A DNA stretch of 64,000 bases from Eledone cirrhosa (GCA_964016885.1 OZ024757.1:17670001-17734000); one strand, 5' to 3'. Shown: positions 43,810 through 56,264, counted from the stretch's first letter. Translations and numbers: made by a program. Notes: generated by a model from the letters alone, not told the origin.

Positions 43810-43936
43810 GAAGTTGTGCTAGTATTTTTTTTCGGTTTTGAATATATAATACGACTTTGGTCCGCTGGATGCCGAAGTAAATACATGGGAGTTTCCGGAA
43901 GACTTCGGTTTGCCAGGAAACCAATATCTGTAATCG
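43810..43936 (+). CDS. KCNQ1: KCNQ1 exon 3 (S2, S2-S3 linker), 127 nt
   Basis: CACAG| [43 protein letters not shown]|GTAGGT. Confidence 0.97.
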
Positions 43937-44988
43937 GTAGGTTATCTCCCTTTCCTATTATTTTATAGTTTTGCTGATTGGTATATAAATATAGTTTACC
44001 CCAGATAGGTGATAGATGTGCATAGCCACCGGCATATCACAATGTTTGCATAACTGCACCTATGATTGCGTAAGCATCTGATGATGTCACATGAATAACT
44101 ATGTAACAGAACTATATATCATGCTATAGACAATTTAATCCCGTCATAACTACCATTATATGTAAATGTGGTTGGTGTTAGGAAGGGCATCCAGCTGTAG
44201 AAAACCCGCCAGACAGTCCTATGTGAGCAAGACAACCACTCTTGCCTCAAGTGGGAAAACTCCCGTCCAAACCCATGCAAGCGTGGAACATGGACGTTAA
44301 ACGATGATGATGATGATGATGATGATGATGATATCTCGGTCTATTTCCATTCATATGTTCATATTCACAACAACGCAGCACGCCATTTGTCATTCACATA
44401 TATTTTTTCCCTTCGCTGTGGTTCATATTTTTCTGTCACCTTACTGCTATCATCTTTCTCTATCCCCCTTCACCTCTTGCTTTCTTCCACCCCCGCTGCT
44501 GGTCACACACTCTCGGCTGGCCCCTTCCTCACACTTTCACTCACTCACTCTCTGCTACTCCTCCTCTCTCACTGCCTCCCGTTTGACCTGCGTGAAATTC
44601 TTTCCTCTCTCACTTTTCGCGTGGCTCGGACGCGTCTGTTTCTTCTCGTCATTTGATTTGTCGGACTTAAGCCCACAAGATTCATTGACTTGTCTCCCTT
44701 TTCCTCTGTTTACATTGCGTTACTACCATGTTGTTTGTTTACTTTCCTCTGTCCCGATAACTTAATTTAGTTATCGCTCGCACTGATTTTAGGTATCTAG
44801 TCTTTAATGCGAAGAAATACCAATGATAATCAGCAGACTACTGATGATGGACATTCCTGTTTCTCAGTCTATTTTCATTCATATATATATATATACACAT
44901 ATATATATATACATTTCGAGTTTCAAATTATTCTATAAACTTCTAAAGCACTCGCGCTTCAACTCGATTTTTGAGACAACTTGTTTAT

Positions 44989-45035
<47 letters not shown>

Positions 45036-45485
45036 AGGCAGAGAACTTAAATGAATATATATATATATATATATATATGTAGATAAATCTACCAAAAGTT
45101 TACGGTAGTGTCCAATCCGTATGAAGAACTCAATGTAATCCGGATATCATGAAAAGAGATTGGTCAATTCAAAACCTGTTCCCAAACAGACCTATTGTAT
45201 TGAATCTTTGTTCTTATCAATAAACAAGTATCATTATTTCTGAAGACAGCATATATATGTGAAGGTATGTATATTCCCTCTGATAGTTTGTATAAATATT
45301 GTACATAGATCTATAGAATATGCATACCAATTCTAACACATATATATCCTAGAAACGATCGTAAAATAATGAATTTTTTTTGTTTAATATAAGGAACTGT
45401 TTCTTTGTTTATTCATTATTTTTTAAATAATTTATATATATATATATATAATATAAGATCAAAAGATGGTTAAAGGAGTTCTATG

Positions 45486-45556
45486 TATTTTATTATGCGC
45501 ATTTCAAAAACAAACATCATCATGCAATAATATTTGTGTTTTCATCAGATAAAACA
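45486..45556 (-). ncRNA. Type I hammerhead ribozyme motif, left arm of fold-back 45448-45728
   Basis: Exact reverse complement of the 45620-45690 motif. Confidence 0.85.
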
Positions 45557-45619
45557 GGAGAACATGATATGAAGGCTAAAAAACACTTGTGGATAGTGCA
45601 GTTTTAAATCAACATATCC

Positions 45620-45690
45620 TGTTTTATCTGATGAAAACACAAATATTATTGCATGATGATGTTTGTTTTTGAAATGCGCATAATAAAATA
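45620..45690 (+). ncRNA. Type I hammerhead ribozyme motif, sense to KCNQ1, in intron 3
   Basis: TGTTTTAT CTGATGA [AAACACAAATATTAT TGCATG ATGATGTTTGTTTTT] GAAA TGCGCA TA^ ATAAAATA; palindromic stem III TGCGCA. Confidence 0.87.
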
Positions 45691-45811
45691 CATGGAACTC
45701 CTTTAACCATCTTTTGATCTTATATTATGTATACTCCAGTCCTACAAACTGTAGAGTGCTTCTTATCCGATATCTGCATTGCTTTATTGTACTACAATAA
45801 AACTCACCTCC

Positions 45812-45869
<58 letters not shown>

Positions 45870-45915
45870 GTAGTAGTTGATGTTGACTCTTGTTTACATT
45901 TTTTGGTTTTTGCAG

Positions 45916-45994
45916 ACTTTATTGTTGTTGTTGCATCAATTGTCGTGTTTACTATTGGATCCGAGGGACAAGTATTTGCCACATCTGCCATCCG
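45916..45994 (+). CDS. KCNQ1: KCNQ1 exon 4 (S3, start of S4), 79 nt
   Basis: TGCAG| (D)FIVVVASIVVFTIGSEGQVFATSAI(R) |GTAATA. Confidence 0.96.
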
Positions 45995-46049
45995 GTAATA
46001 AGCTTTGTTTTCTTCATATATTGAACCGGTTACTTCCTCCTGTCACTCA

Positions 46050-46080
<31 letters not shown>

Positions 46081-46081
46081 G

Positions 46082-46191
46082 GAACCAGTAAGACCCCGAC
46101 GGCTGAGCTCAAGCCGTTTCGACGGCTAATTCTGGACTCAGAATTAGCCGTCGAAACGGCTTGAGCTCAGCCGTCGGGGTCTTACTGGTTC
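46082..46191. repeat. Perfect hairpin (53-bp arms, 4-nt loop) on a repeat extending to ~46275; sister at 60320-60484
   Basis: GAACCAGTAAGACCCCGACGGCTGAGCTCAAGCCGTTTCGACGGCTAATTCTG GACT CAGAATTAGCC...TACTGGTTC. Confidence 0.96.
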
Positions 46192-46669
46192 GTATTACCC
46201 ATTCTACTACCCCAAGTATTGAGTACTTTGGTGCGTTATGGTCCACCTGGTTCCTTACCACATTTCCTTCGTTATATATATATATATATATATAAATAAT
46301 AATAATAGTAATAATAATAATAATTGTTTCTACTTTAGGCACAAGGCCAGCAATTACCCAGTGCATTACTGGTACTTTATTTTATCGACCCCCGTAAGGA
46401 TGAAAGGCAAAGTCAACCTCGGTGGGATTTGAACTCAGATCGTAAAGGGACGTAACTATGCTGGAAAGCATGGTAGTAATAATAAGTAATAATAATAATA
46501 ATGATTTCTACTTTAGACACAAGGCCAGCAATTTTGGGGAAGGGGAAAGTCGATTAAACTAACCACAGTTCATTTCTGGTACTTTATCTTATCGACCCCC
46601 CCGTAAGGATGAAAAGCAAATCTAACCTCAGCTGGATTTGAACTCTAACAATATGATAAGCTGTTTATG

Positions 46670-47330
46670 TCTGATGCGAAAAGTATTTATAGGGTAATTG
46701 GGACGCAGACAATTCAAGTAAAGGAACCTCCTTCAATTCATGAAATTGAAGAATTCTGGAAAAAAGTATGGAATACAGAAAAATCCTATAATGCAATGCA
46801 GAATGGGTTAAGAACTTTGAAGAAACATACAATAATTTAGAAAGACAAACTTGGCAAGACATAACTATGGAAGAACTGGAGTTGGCACTAAAGAAAGCAA
46901 ACATATTGAAATCCCTTGGCATTGATAAAGTGCCAAACCTCTGGTTATCTTCTTTAAATGTTACCCGTGATATGTTGGTTATAACGAACCTATGCACAAC
47001 CCTGAAATAACTCTTGATTGGTTTGCACAAGGTATGATATATCTCTTGTCAAAGTCGACAGAAACTAATATTCAAAAACATTATCGCCCTATCACTTGCC
47101 TTCCCACATCATACAAGATTCTCACATCAATCTTGACTGAGACAACCTAACCTACAAATTTATGGATGAAAATCATCTATTCCCTATTGAACAGAAAGGG
47201 TGACGCCGTGGGTCTTACGGGTGGAAACCCCCCCATGATTCTGGAAAACTCATAAAAAGTATAGAAATCTGTGAGAACTGTTTGGATTGACTATAAGAAA
47301 GAACTTGACAGTGTTCGCCACTAATATATC
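46670..47330 (+). mobile_element. Degenerate R4/Dong-like LINE RT fragment
   Basis: IEEFWKKVW, KSLGIDKVPNLW, YRPITCLPTSYKILTSIL, FPIEQKG*RRGSYG, WIDYKKELDSV. Confidence 0.85.
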
Positions 47331-49410
47331 AAGAAAGAACTTGACAGTGTTCCCCACTAATATATCAAGAAAGAACTTGACAGTGTTCCCCACTAATATA
47401 TCAAGAAAGAACTTGACAGTGTTCGCCACTAATATATCAAGAAAGAACTTGACAGTGTTCCCCACTAATATATCAAGAAAGAACTTGACAGTGTTCGCCA
47501 CTAATATATCAAGAAAGAACTTGACAGTGTTCCCCACTAATATATCAAGAAAGAACTTGACAGTGTTCGCCACTAATATATCAAGAAAGAACTTGACAGT
47601 GTTCGCCACTAATATATCAAGAAAGAACTTGACAGTGTTCCCCACTAATATATCAAGAAAGAACTTGACAGTGTTCGCCACTAATATATCAAGAAAGAAC
47701 TTGACAGTGTTCCCCACTAATATATCAAGAAAGAACTTGACAGTGTTCGCCACTAATATATCAAGAAAGAACTTGACAGTGTTCCCCACTAATATATCAA
47801 GAAAGAACTTGACAGTGTTCCCCACTAATATATCAAGAAAGAACTTGACAGTGTTCCCCACTAATATATCAAGAAAGAACTTGACAGTGTTCGCCACTAA
47901 TATATCAAGAAAGAACTTGACAGTGTTCCCCACTAATATATCAAGAAAGAACTTGACAGTGTTCCCCACTAATATATCAAGAAAGAACTTGACAGTGTTC
48001 CCCACTAATATATCAAGAAAGAACTTGACAGTGTTCCCCACTAATATATCAAGAAAGAACTTGACAGTGTTCCCCACTAATATATCAAGAAAGAACTTGA
48101 CAGTGTTCCCCACTAATATATCAAGAAAGAACTTGACAGTGTTCGCCACTAATATATCAAGAAAGAACTTGACAGTGTTCGCCACTAATATATCAAGAAA
48201 GAACTTGACAGTGTTCCCCACTAATATATCAAGAAAGAACTTGACAGTGTTCCCCACTAATATATCAAGAAAGAACTTGACAGTGTTCCCCACTAATATA
48301 TCAAGAAAGAACTTGACAGTGTTCGCCACTAATATATCAAGAAAGAACTTGACAGTGTTCGCCACTAATATATCAAGAAAGAACTTGACAGTGTTCCCCA
48401 CTAATATATCAAGAAAGAACTTGACAGTGTTCCCCACTAATATATCAAGAAAGAACTTGACAGTGTTCGCCACTAATATATCAAGAAAGAACTTGACAGT
48501 GTTCGCCACTAATATATCAAGAAAGAACTTGACAGTGTTCGCCACTAATATATCAAGAAAGAACTTGACAGTGTTCCCCACTAATATATCAAGAAAGAAC
48601 TTGACAGTGTTCCCCACTAATATATCAAGAAAGAACTTGACAGTGTTCCCCACTAATATATCAAGAAAGAACTTGACAGTGTTCGCCACTAATATATCAA
48701 GAAAGAACTTGACAGTGTTCCCCACTAATATATCAAGAAAGAACTTGACAGTGTTCCCCACTAATATATCAAGAAAGAACTTGACAGTGTTCGCCACTAA
48801 TATATCAAGAAAGAACTTGACAGTGTTCCCCACTAATATATCAAGAAAGAACTTGACAGTGTTCCCCACTAATATATCAAGAAAGAACTTGACAGTGTTC
48901 GCCACTAATATATCAAGAAAGAACTTGACAGTGTTCCCCACTAATATATCAAGAAAGAACTTGACAGTGTTCGCCACTAATATATCAAGAAAGAACTTGA
49001 CAGTGTTCCCCACTAATATATCAAGAAAGAACTTGACAGTGTTCCCCACTAATATATCAAGAAAGAACTTGACAGTGTTCGCCACTAATATATCAAGAAA
49101 GAACTTGACAGTGTTCCCCACTAATATATCAAGAAAGAACTTGACAGTGTTCCCCACTAATATATCAAGAAAGAACTTGACAGTATTCCCCACTAATATA
49201 TCAAGAAAGAACTTGACAGTGTTCGCCACTAATATATCAAGAAAGAACTTGACAGTGTTCCCCACTAATATATCAAGAAAGAACTTGACAGTGTTCCCCA
49301 CTAATATATCAAGAAAGAACTTGACAGTGTTCCCCACTAATATATCAAGAAAGAACTTGACAGTGTTCGCCACTAATATATCAAGAAAGAACTTGACAGT
49401 GTTCCCCACA
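47295..49410. repeat. 36-bp tandem repeat, about 59 near-identical units (AAGAAAGAACTTGACAGTGTTC[G/C]CCACTAATATATC)
   Basis: Direct reading; essentially one biallelic position. Confidence 0.98.
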
Positions 49411-52325
49411 CATGGATTCTGAAAACTTTGGAATGTTCTGAATATTTCCCCAGTAATATCACACTTTCTGAAATACAACAAGTATGTATGGGTTTGAAAT
49501 AAGAAGGCAACAAGTCGGAATTAATTGAGGGAGGTGAGGTAGAAGGCAAATATTGGAAGAAGGTGGAAAATAAAAAGACATGAATGACTGATTGCTATTT
49601 TTAAAAAAACAACGACGACCTCAAAAGTCAATCCCCGATTTTTCCGAGATTTTCCCTTAGTGACCCCCCCCCCCCCGCCCCATTTGACAATGGATGGGTA
49701 ATCTGAAATATTGGGACTAATATATCAAGAAAGAACTTGACAGTGTTCGCCACTAATATATCAAGAAAGAACTTGACAGTGTTCCCCACACATGGATTCT
49801 GAAAACTTTGGATGTTCTGAATATTTCCCCAGTAATATCACACTTTCTGAAATACAACAAGTATGTATGGGTTTGAAATAAGAAGGCAACAAGTCGGAAT
49901 TAATTGAGGGAGGTGAGGTAGAAGGCAAATATTGGAAGAAGGTGGAAAATAAAAAGACATGAATGACTGATTGCTATTTTTAAAAAAACAACGACGACCT
50001 CAAAAGTCAATCCCCGATTTTTCCGAGATTTTCCCTTAGTGACCCCCCCCCCCCCCCCGCCCCATTTGACAATGGATGGGTAATCTGAAATATTGGGACT
50101 AATATATCAAGAAAGAACTTGACAGTGTTCGCCACTAATATATCAAGAAAGAACTTGACAGTGTTCCCCACACATGGATTCTGAAAACTTTGGATGTTCT
50201 GAATATTTCCCCAGTAATATCACACTTTCTGAAATACAACAAGTATGTATGGGTTTGAAATAAGAAGGCAACAAGTCGGAATTAATTGAGGGAGGTGAGG
50301 TAGAAGGCAAATATTGGAAGAAGGTGGAAAATAAAAAGACATGAATGACTGATTGCTATTTTTAAAAAAACAACGACGACCTCAAAAGTCAATCCCCGAT
50401 TTTTCCGAGATTTTCCCTTACTGACCCCCCCCCCCCCGCCCCATTTGACAATGGATGGGTAATCTGAAATATTGGGACTAATATATCAAGAAAGAACTTG
50501 ACAGTGTTCGCCACTAATATATCAAGAAAGAACTTGACAGTGTTCCCCACACATGGATTCTGAAAACTTTGGATGTTCTGAATATTTCCCCAGTAATATC
50601 ACACTTTCTGAAATACAACAAGTATGTATGGGTTTGAAATAAGAAGGCAACAAGTCGGAATTAATTGAGGGAGGTGAGGTAGAAGGCAAATATTGGAAGA
50701 AGGTGGAAAATAAAGAGACATGAATGACTGATTGCTATTTTTAAAAAAACAACGACGACCTCAAAAGTCAATCCCCGATTTTTCCGAGATTTTCCCTTAC
50801 TGACGCCCCCGCCCCCATTTGACAATGGATGGGTAATCTGAAATATTGGGACTAATATATCAAGAAAGAACTTGACAGTGTTCGCCACTAATATATCAAG
50901 AAAGAACTTGACAGTGTTCCCCACACATGGATTCTGAAAACTTTGGATGTTCTGAATATTTCCCCAGTAATATCAAACTTTCTGAAATATAACAAGTATG
51001 TATGGGTTTGAAATAAGAAGGCAACAAGTCGGAATTAATTGAGGGAGGTGAGGTAGAAGGCAAATATTGGAAGAAGGTGGAAAATAAAAAGACATGAATG
51101 ACTGATTGCTATTTTTAAAAAAAACAACGACGACCTCAAAAGTCAATCCCCGATTTTTCCGAGATTTTCCCTTACTGACCCCCCGCCCCATTTGACAATG
51201 GATGGGTAATCTGAAATATTGGGACTAATATATCAAGAAAGAACTTGACAGTGTTCGCCACTAATATATCAAGAAAGAACTTGACAGTGTTCCCCACACA
51301 TGGATTCTGAAAACTTTGGATGTTCTGAATATTTCCCCAGTAATATCAAACTTTCTGAAATATAACAAGTATGTATGGGTTTGAAATAAGAAGGCAACAA
51401 GTCGGAATTAATTGAGGGAGGTGAGGTAGAAGGCAAATATTGGAAGAAGGTGGAAAATAAAAAGACATGAATGACTGATTGCTATTTTTAAAAAAAACAA
51501 CGACGACCTCAAAAGTCAATCCCCGATTTTTCCGAGATTTTCCCTTACTGACCCCCCGCCCCATTTGACAATGGATGGGTAATCTGAAATATTGGGACTA
51601 ATATATCAAGAAAGAACTTGACAGTGTTCCCCACTAATATATCAAGAAAGAACTTGACAGTGTTCCCCACACATGGATTCTGAAAACTTTGGATGTTCTG
51701 AATATTTCCCCAGTAATATCACACTTTCTGAAATATAACAAGTATGTATGGGTTTGAAATAAGAAGGCAACAAGTCGGAATTAATTGAGGGAGGTGAGGT
51801 AGAAGGCAAATATTGGAAGAAGGTGGAAAATAAAAAGACATGAATGACTGATTGCTATTTTTAAAAAAACAACGACGACCTCAAAAGTCAATCCCCGATT
51901 TTTCCGAGATTTTCCTTTACTGACCCCCCCCGCCCCCATTTGACAATGGATGGGTAATCTGAAATATTGGGACTAATATATCAAGAAAGAACTTGACAGT
52001 GTTCCCCACACATGGATTCTGAAAACTTTGGATGTTCTGAATATTTCCCCAGTAATATCACACTTTCTGAAATATAACAAGTATGTATGGGTTTGAAATA
52101 AGAAGGCAACAAGTCGGAATTAATTGAGGGAGGTGAGGTAGAAGGCAAATATTGGAAGAAGGTGGAAAATAAAAAGACATGAATGACTGATTGCTATTTT
52201 TAAAAAAACAACGACGACCTCAAAAGTCAATCCCCGATTTTTCCGAGATTTTCCCTTACTGACCCCCCCCCCCCGCCCCCATTTGACAATGGATGGGTAA
52301 TCTGAAATATTGGGACTAATATATC
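49380..52325. repeat. Tandem array of eight ~340-380-bp units, each including 1-2 of the 36-mers
   Basis: AAGTATGTATGGGTTTG recurs at ~49480, 49859, 50241, 50620, 50994, 51367, 51740 and 52079; units differ mainly in poly-C length. Confidence 0.96.
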
Positions 52326-52719
52326 ACTAAGGTAACAATCAGTCATTCTTGTTCCTTTAATTTCCTCTTTCTTCCACTCTTTGCCTTCTACCCCACCCCT
52401 CTTAATTCCCTTCCGATTTTGTTACCTTGGTATTTCAAACCCATCTAGTTAGAGTGTTGTGCTTGGAATAATAAGGGCGTAGGTTGATTCCTGATGTGAG
52501 AGGGTAGATGGGATTTTCATGATATGACTGGAGCCTCTCTGATTAAGATTTATCTAATTGTGAAAGTGCGTGGCCTGGTGGTTACGGTGTTGTGCTTGCG
52601 ATAATAAGGGCATAGGTCTATTCCTGGAGTGGGTGGTGAGTTGTGATGTTCCTGATAGGACTGGGGACTGGGGCGCCTATGATTAAGATTATCTAATCTT
52701 TATTTTATTATATTTGTAG

Positions 52720-52816
52720 AGGAGTTCGTTTCTTACAAATCCTTCGTATGCTCCATGTTGACCGGCAAGGAGGGACATGGAGATTACTTGGTTCTGTGAT
52801 ATACCTGCATCGGCAG
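52720..52816 (+). CDS. KCNQ1: KCNQ1 exon 5 (S4, S4-S5 linker), 97 nt
   Basis: TGTAG|[33 protein letters not shown] |GTAAGT; LHVDRQ is KCNQ1-type. Confidence 0.97.
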
Positions 52817-53805
52817 GTAAGTCTTCTTTAATTCTCTCATTCAATTACTTGGTTTCAGGCATGTGACCATGCTGAGCATCGCAGTGAAGGGATTTTGTCA
52901 ATTTTGTATCTCTGAAGCACCCCCAGGCTTACAGAACCCTTAACACCCTCGGAATTTATTAGGATTTAAGACTTTATTAAATCGACCGATTTAAATAAAT
53001 CCGAGTTTATTTACAATTTTTACAAATGCTCAATATGTAAAAAATCTTTATAAAATTGATAAAAGTTATTTTAAAAAATGAAACTTTATATTATGACACG
53101 TATTGTACAAGTTACCACATGTTTATATGGTCATTTATTTAAAATATAGCCTTTTGATACAGCCTGTATATATATTATTGTCTGTCTGATTCGTATTCGT
53201 GAGTGAATGATAATAATAATGATATTATAAAATTATTAATATTCAGTTTGTTTGCAAGCAAACAGCCTCATTAACACCATATGTGTTTTCTAGATGACCA
53301 ACGTCATCCTTTTGTTCCAGCTGAGAGAAAACAGTTGATAATAGTTTCGGAGTTCTTGATCCTTATCGAGACTGTGTATCGTCGTCACTGCTACTCACTG
53401 GAACTGTTGAAAATACATAATATTATCAAATGTATACATCGTCTCATTAGCCTAATTTGCATACCGGCTTGCTCTGCCATTTGCTTGCAAACAAACCGAA
53501 TATTAATAATATAATAATAATTTTTTCTACTTTTGGCACAGAGCCAGCAATTATCCCAGTGTATTACTGTTACTTTATTTTATCAACCCCGTAAGGATGA
53601 AAGGCAAAGTTAACCTCGGCGAGATTTGAACTCAAACCATAAAGGGCCGTAACTCTTTGCTGCAAAGCATGGCGTCCGACCCTCTACCGATACTGCCAAT
53701 CCACCATAATAGTATTATTATTCAGTCACGAATACATTTAGGTATCCACCATGTTAGAGCGAAAACTAATTTAGTCTCTGATTTATTTTCTGTTTATATT
53801 TTCAG

Positions 53806-53934
53806 GAGTTAATAACTACCCTGTATATCGGATTTTTAGGTCTGATCTTCTCTTCCTATTTTGTCTACCTGGCAGAAAGGAAAGAGGGTAAGAAGGACTT
53901 TGCCAGCTATGCTGATGCTTTATGGTGGGGAGTT
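53806..53934 (+). CDS. KCNQ1: KCNQ1 exon 6 (S5, turret, pore helix), 129 nt
   Basis: TTCAG| [43 protein letters not shown] |GTAAGT. Confidence 0.97.
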
Positions 53935-53999
53935 GTAAGTATATATATATATACATATACATAATACACATATAAGTATATATATGCATATATATGTAC

Positions 54000-54198
54000 A
54001 GAGTTGACATTGCACTCAGTGCTCCTTTGGGAGCCCCTACATGGACACACTAGAAGAGGAAGACCAAGGTTAACGTATGTTGATGCCCTAAGGACAGACA
54101 CTGGTCTGTTGGAGATGCAGGACATGGCAGCGATAATGAGGGACAGAGACCGCTGGAGAGAACGCGTCCATGGATCTCGGGAATTTTACCCGCCTTAG
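54000..54198 (+). mobile_element. RTE-like LINE 3' fragment
   Basis: LLWEPLHGHTRRGRPRLTYVDAL...MRDRDRWR. Confidence 0.8.
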
Positions 54199-54467
54199 AG
54201 ATATATGTACATATACATATATGTGCATATATATACATACATATAAATACATATGCACAAATAAATATATATATGCATACATATGCATAAATAAATATAT
54301 CCATACATACAAGTATATATAGAGAGAAATGGGTTCCTGATAATTTCTCCTGAATGAAACAGTTCTAGTCCTGTAGAAGCTATTTCTATATTAAATATTT
54401 ATACTCTGCTATGTATTGAGTACCTTACTTACTGTGGTTACCCCCGATTGAACCTGGGATAAACTTG

Positions 54468-54504
<37 letters not shown>

Positions 54505-55363
54505 TTGAAAAAAAGAGGAAAATAATGACTTCACTTGTAGTTCTAAATAATTTGATTTAATTTTATATAATATTATGAGTTGGTAGATCTAGTAAGTACT
54601 TTGTTAACTTCAGTGGGGAGATTTTTAAAGATTCCTGGTTAACTTTCTTGGAGAACTTTCTCGCATTTGTCAGTGGCGGTGGCAATTGTCAAACTGACAC
54701 ACACACACACACACACATATATATGTATATATACATATATATATTTCGATTTTGAAGCGCGAGTGTATTAGAATTTGTAGAATAATGGAAAGAAATCAAT
54801 GCAAGGAAAGCTGTTAAAACAGCAAAACACCATCAATTTCTATCAAATGATAGAAATCAGAAGTGTGGTGGCTCATAGAAGTGATAGGAAGAAAGGAGAA
54901 AGGAAGAAAATTAAGAGATCACATTTAATAAACTCACCACTTTTAGCCCACCTGTGGTTTCGACGATCTAACTAAAAGTACCAAGTAAAATAGACGGCTC
55001 GTACAACAGAGAAATAAATAACTCTGTTGGTATGATGTTTGTGTGAGGAACGAACAGATTAGATAGATAGACAGACAAGTCAGAGAGAGAGAGAGAGAGA
55101 GAGAGAAAGGGGGAGAGAGACAGAGAGAAAGAGGGGGAGATAGATAGATGGAGAGAGGCATCATGAGATATGCAGTAGAAGACATCTCAGGGAGATTCAG
55201 CAAACGCAGTGTGTTCATCCGATAATGTTTTCACGAGATGTCAGTTGATCGGACACAGCTGCAATGATAATCGTCTAAACTAACGGAGGGCCGACATTTC
55301 CCCCCCCCCCCTCCCCTCCCCAGTTTTCTCTTTAATCTGTTGTTGTTACTTCGTTATTTTCAG

Positions 55364-55474
55364 ATAACTGTGATGACCATCGGATATGGTGATAAGGTGC
55401 CGCAGACGTGGCTTGGAAAATTAGTAGCGTCCTGCTTTGCTGTGTTTGCAATCTCATTCTTTGCTTTACCCGCA
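55364..55474 (+). CDS. KCNQ1: KCNQ1 exon 7 (selectivity filter, S6), 111 nt; later exons lie beyond the window
   Basis: TTCAG| [37 protein letters not shown] |GTAAGT. Confidence 0.97.
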
Positions 55475-56199
55475 GTAAGTTTCTTCTTCTTCTTCTTCTT
55501 CTTCTTCTTCTTCTTCTTCTCTCTCTCTTTATATACACATATATGTATACAAGTGAAAGAAGATATATACATATATATGTGTATATATATATATACACAT
55601 ATATATATATATATATTTCTTGTTCATCCATTTCGCATTTTATATACCACACGCAATACTTCAAGAAAGCTACAGCTTCCTCATATATTCCCCTCCCCTT
55701 GGTTACTGCTACATACATATACGACTGCCTCTTGTTACCCCCTCTCTATCGGTATGTTTTCTTTTTCTTCTCTTTATTTTCTTTCTCTTCGCTATCATCT
55801 CTGTTTTATCTTTTCCTTCCTTAATAACTTCCTGAAGTTATTAACGTGCTGTGGATAGATGTATTGTCTTTAATGCATCGAAACATCTGAGATCCGCAGC
55901 AGACAACTGAAGAGGGGATTTGTCTTATGTTTGTGTTTCCTTTACATTTCTAAACACACTACTCTACACACACACACACACACATCATTGTGTATATGTG
56001 TGTGTACATAAATCTATAGATACCTGTGTGTCTGCACGCATACATACACACACCCATATATATATATGTAGAAGTTCTATTTAAATTGTTGGGATACAAC
56101 AAGCAAATACTTTTATAACTGATATAAAGCACTCAACAAATTATTGGAGTAAAAATACGATATATTAACAAATGGAAACTATATTTATAAAACCATATT

Positions 56200-56264
56200 T
56201 ATTTCATTATACATATTTCAAGGACACCAAGTTAAATTATGGTGTGCTTTCATCAGATAAAATA
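56200..56264 (-). ncRNA. Type I hammerhead ribozyme motif (family A), left arm of fold-back 56159-56507
   Basis: Reverse strand: TATTTTAT CTGATGA [AAGCACACCA...TGGTGTCCTT] GAAA TATGTA TA^ ATGAAATA. Confidence 0.83.

Noticed and set aside
47250-49481. 711/743-aa ORFs on both strands and a CRISPR-like 36-bp period
   Set aside because: Pure tandem 36-mer with no unique spacers and no cas genes. ORFs stay open only because the unit is a multiple of 3. It lies in a KCNQ1 intron.
53888-53893. GTAAGA donor-like site inside exon 6
   Set aside because: Use would frameshift before the pore; the conserved reading continues to the GTAAGT donor at 53935.
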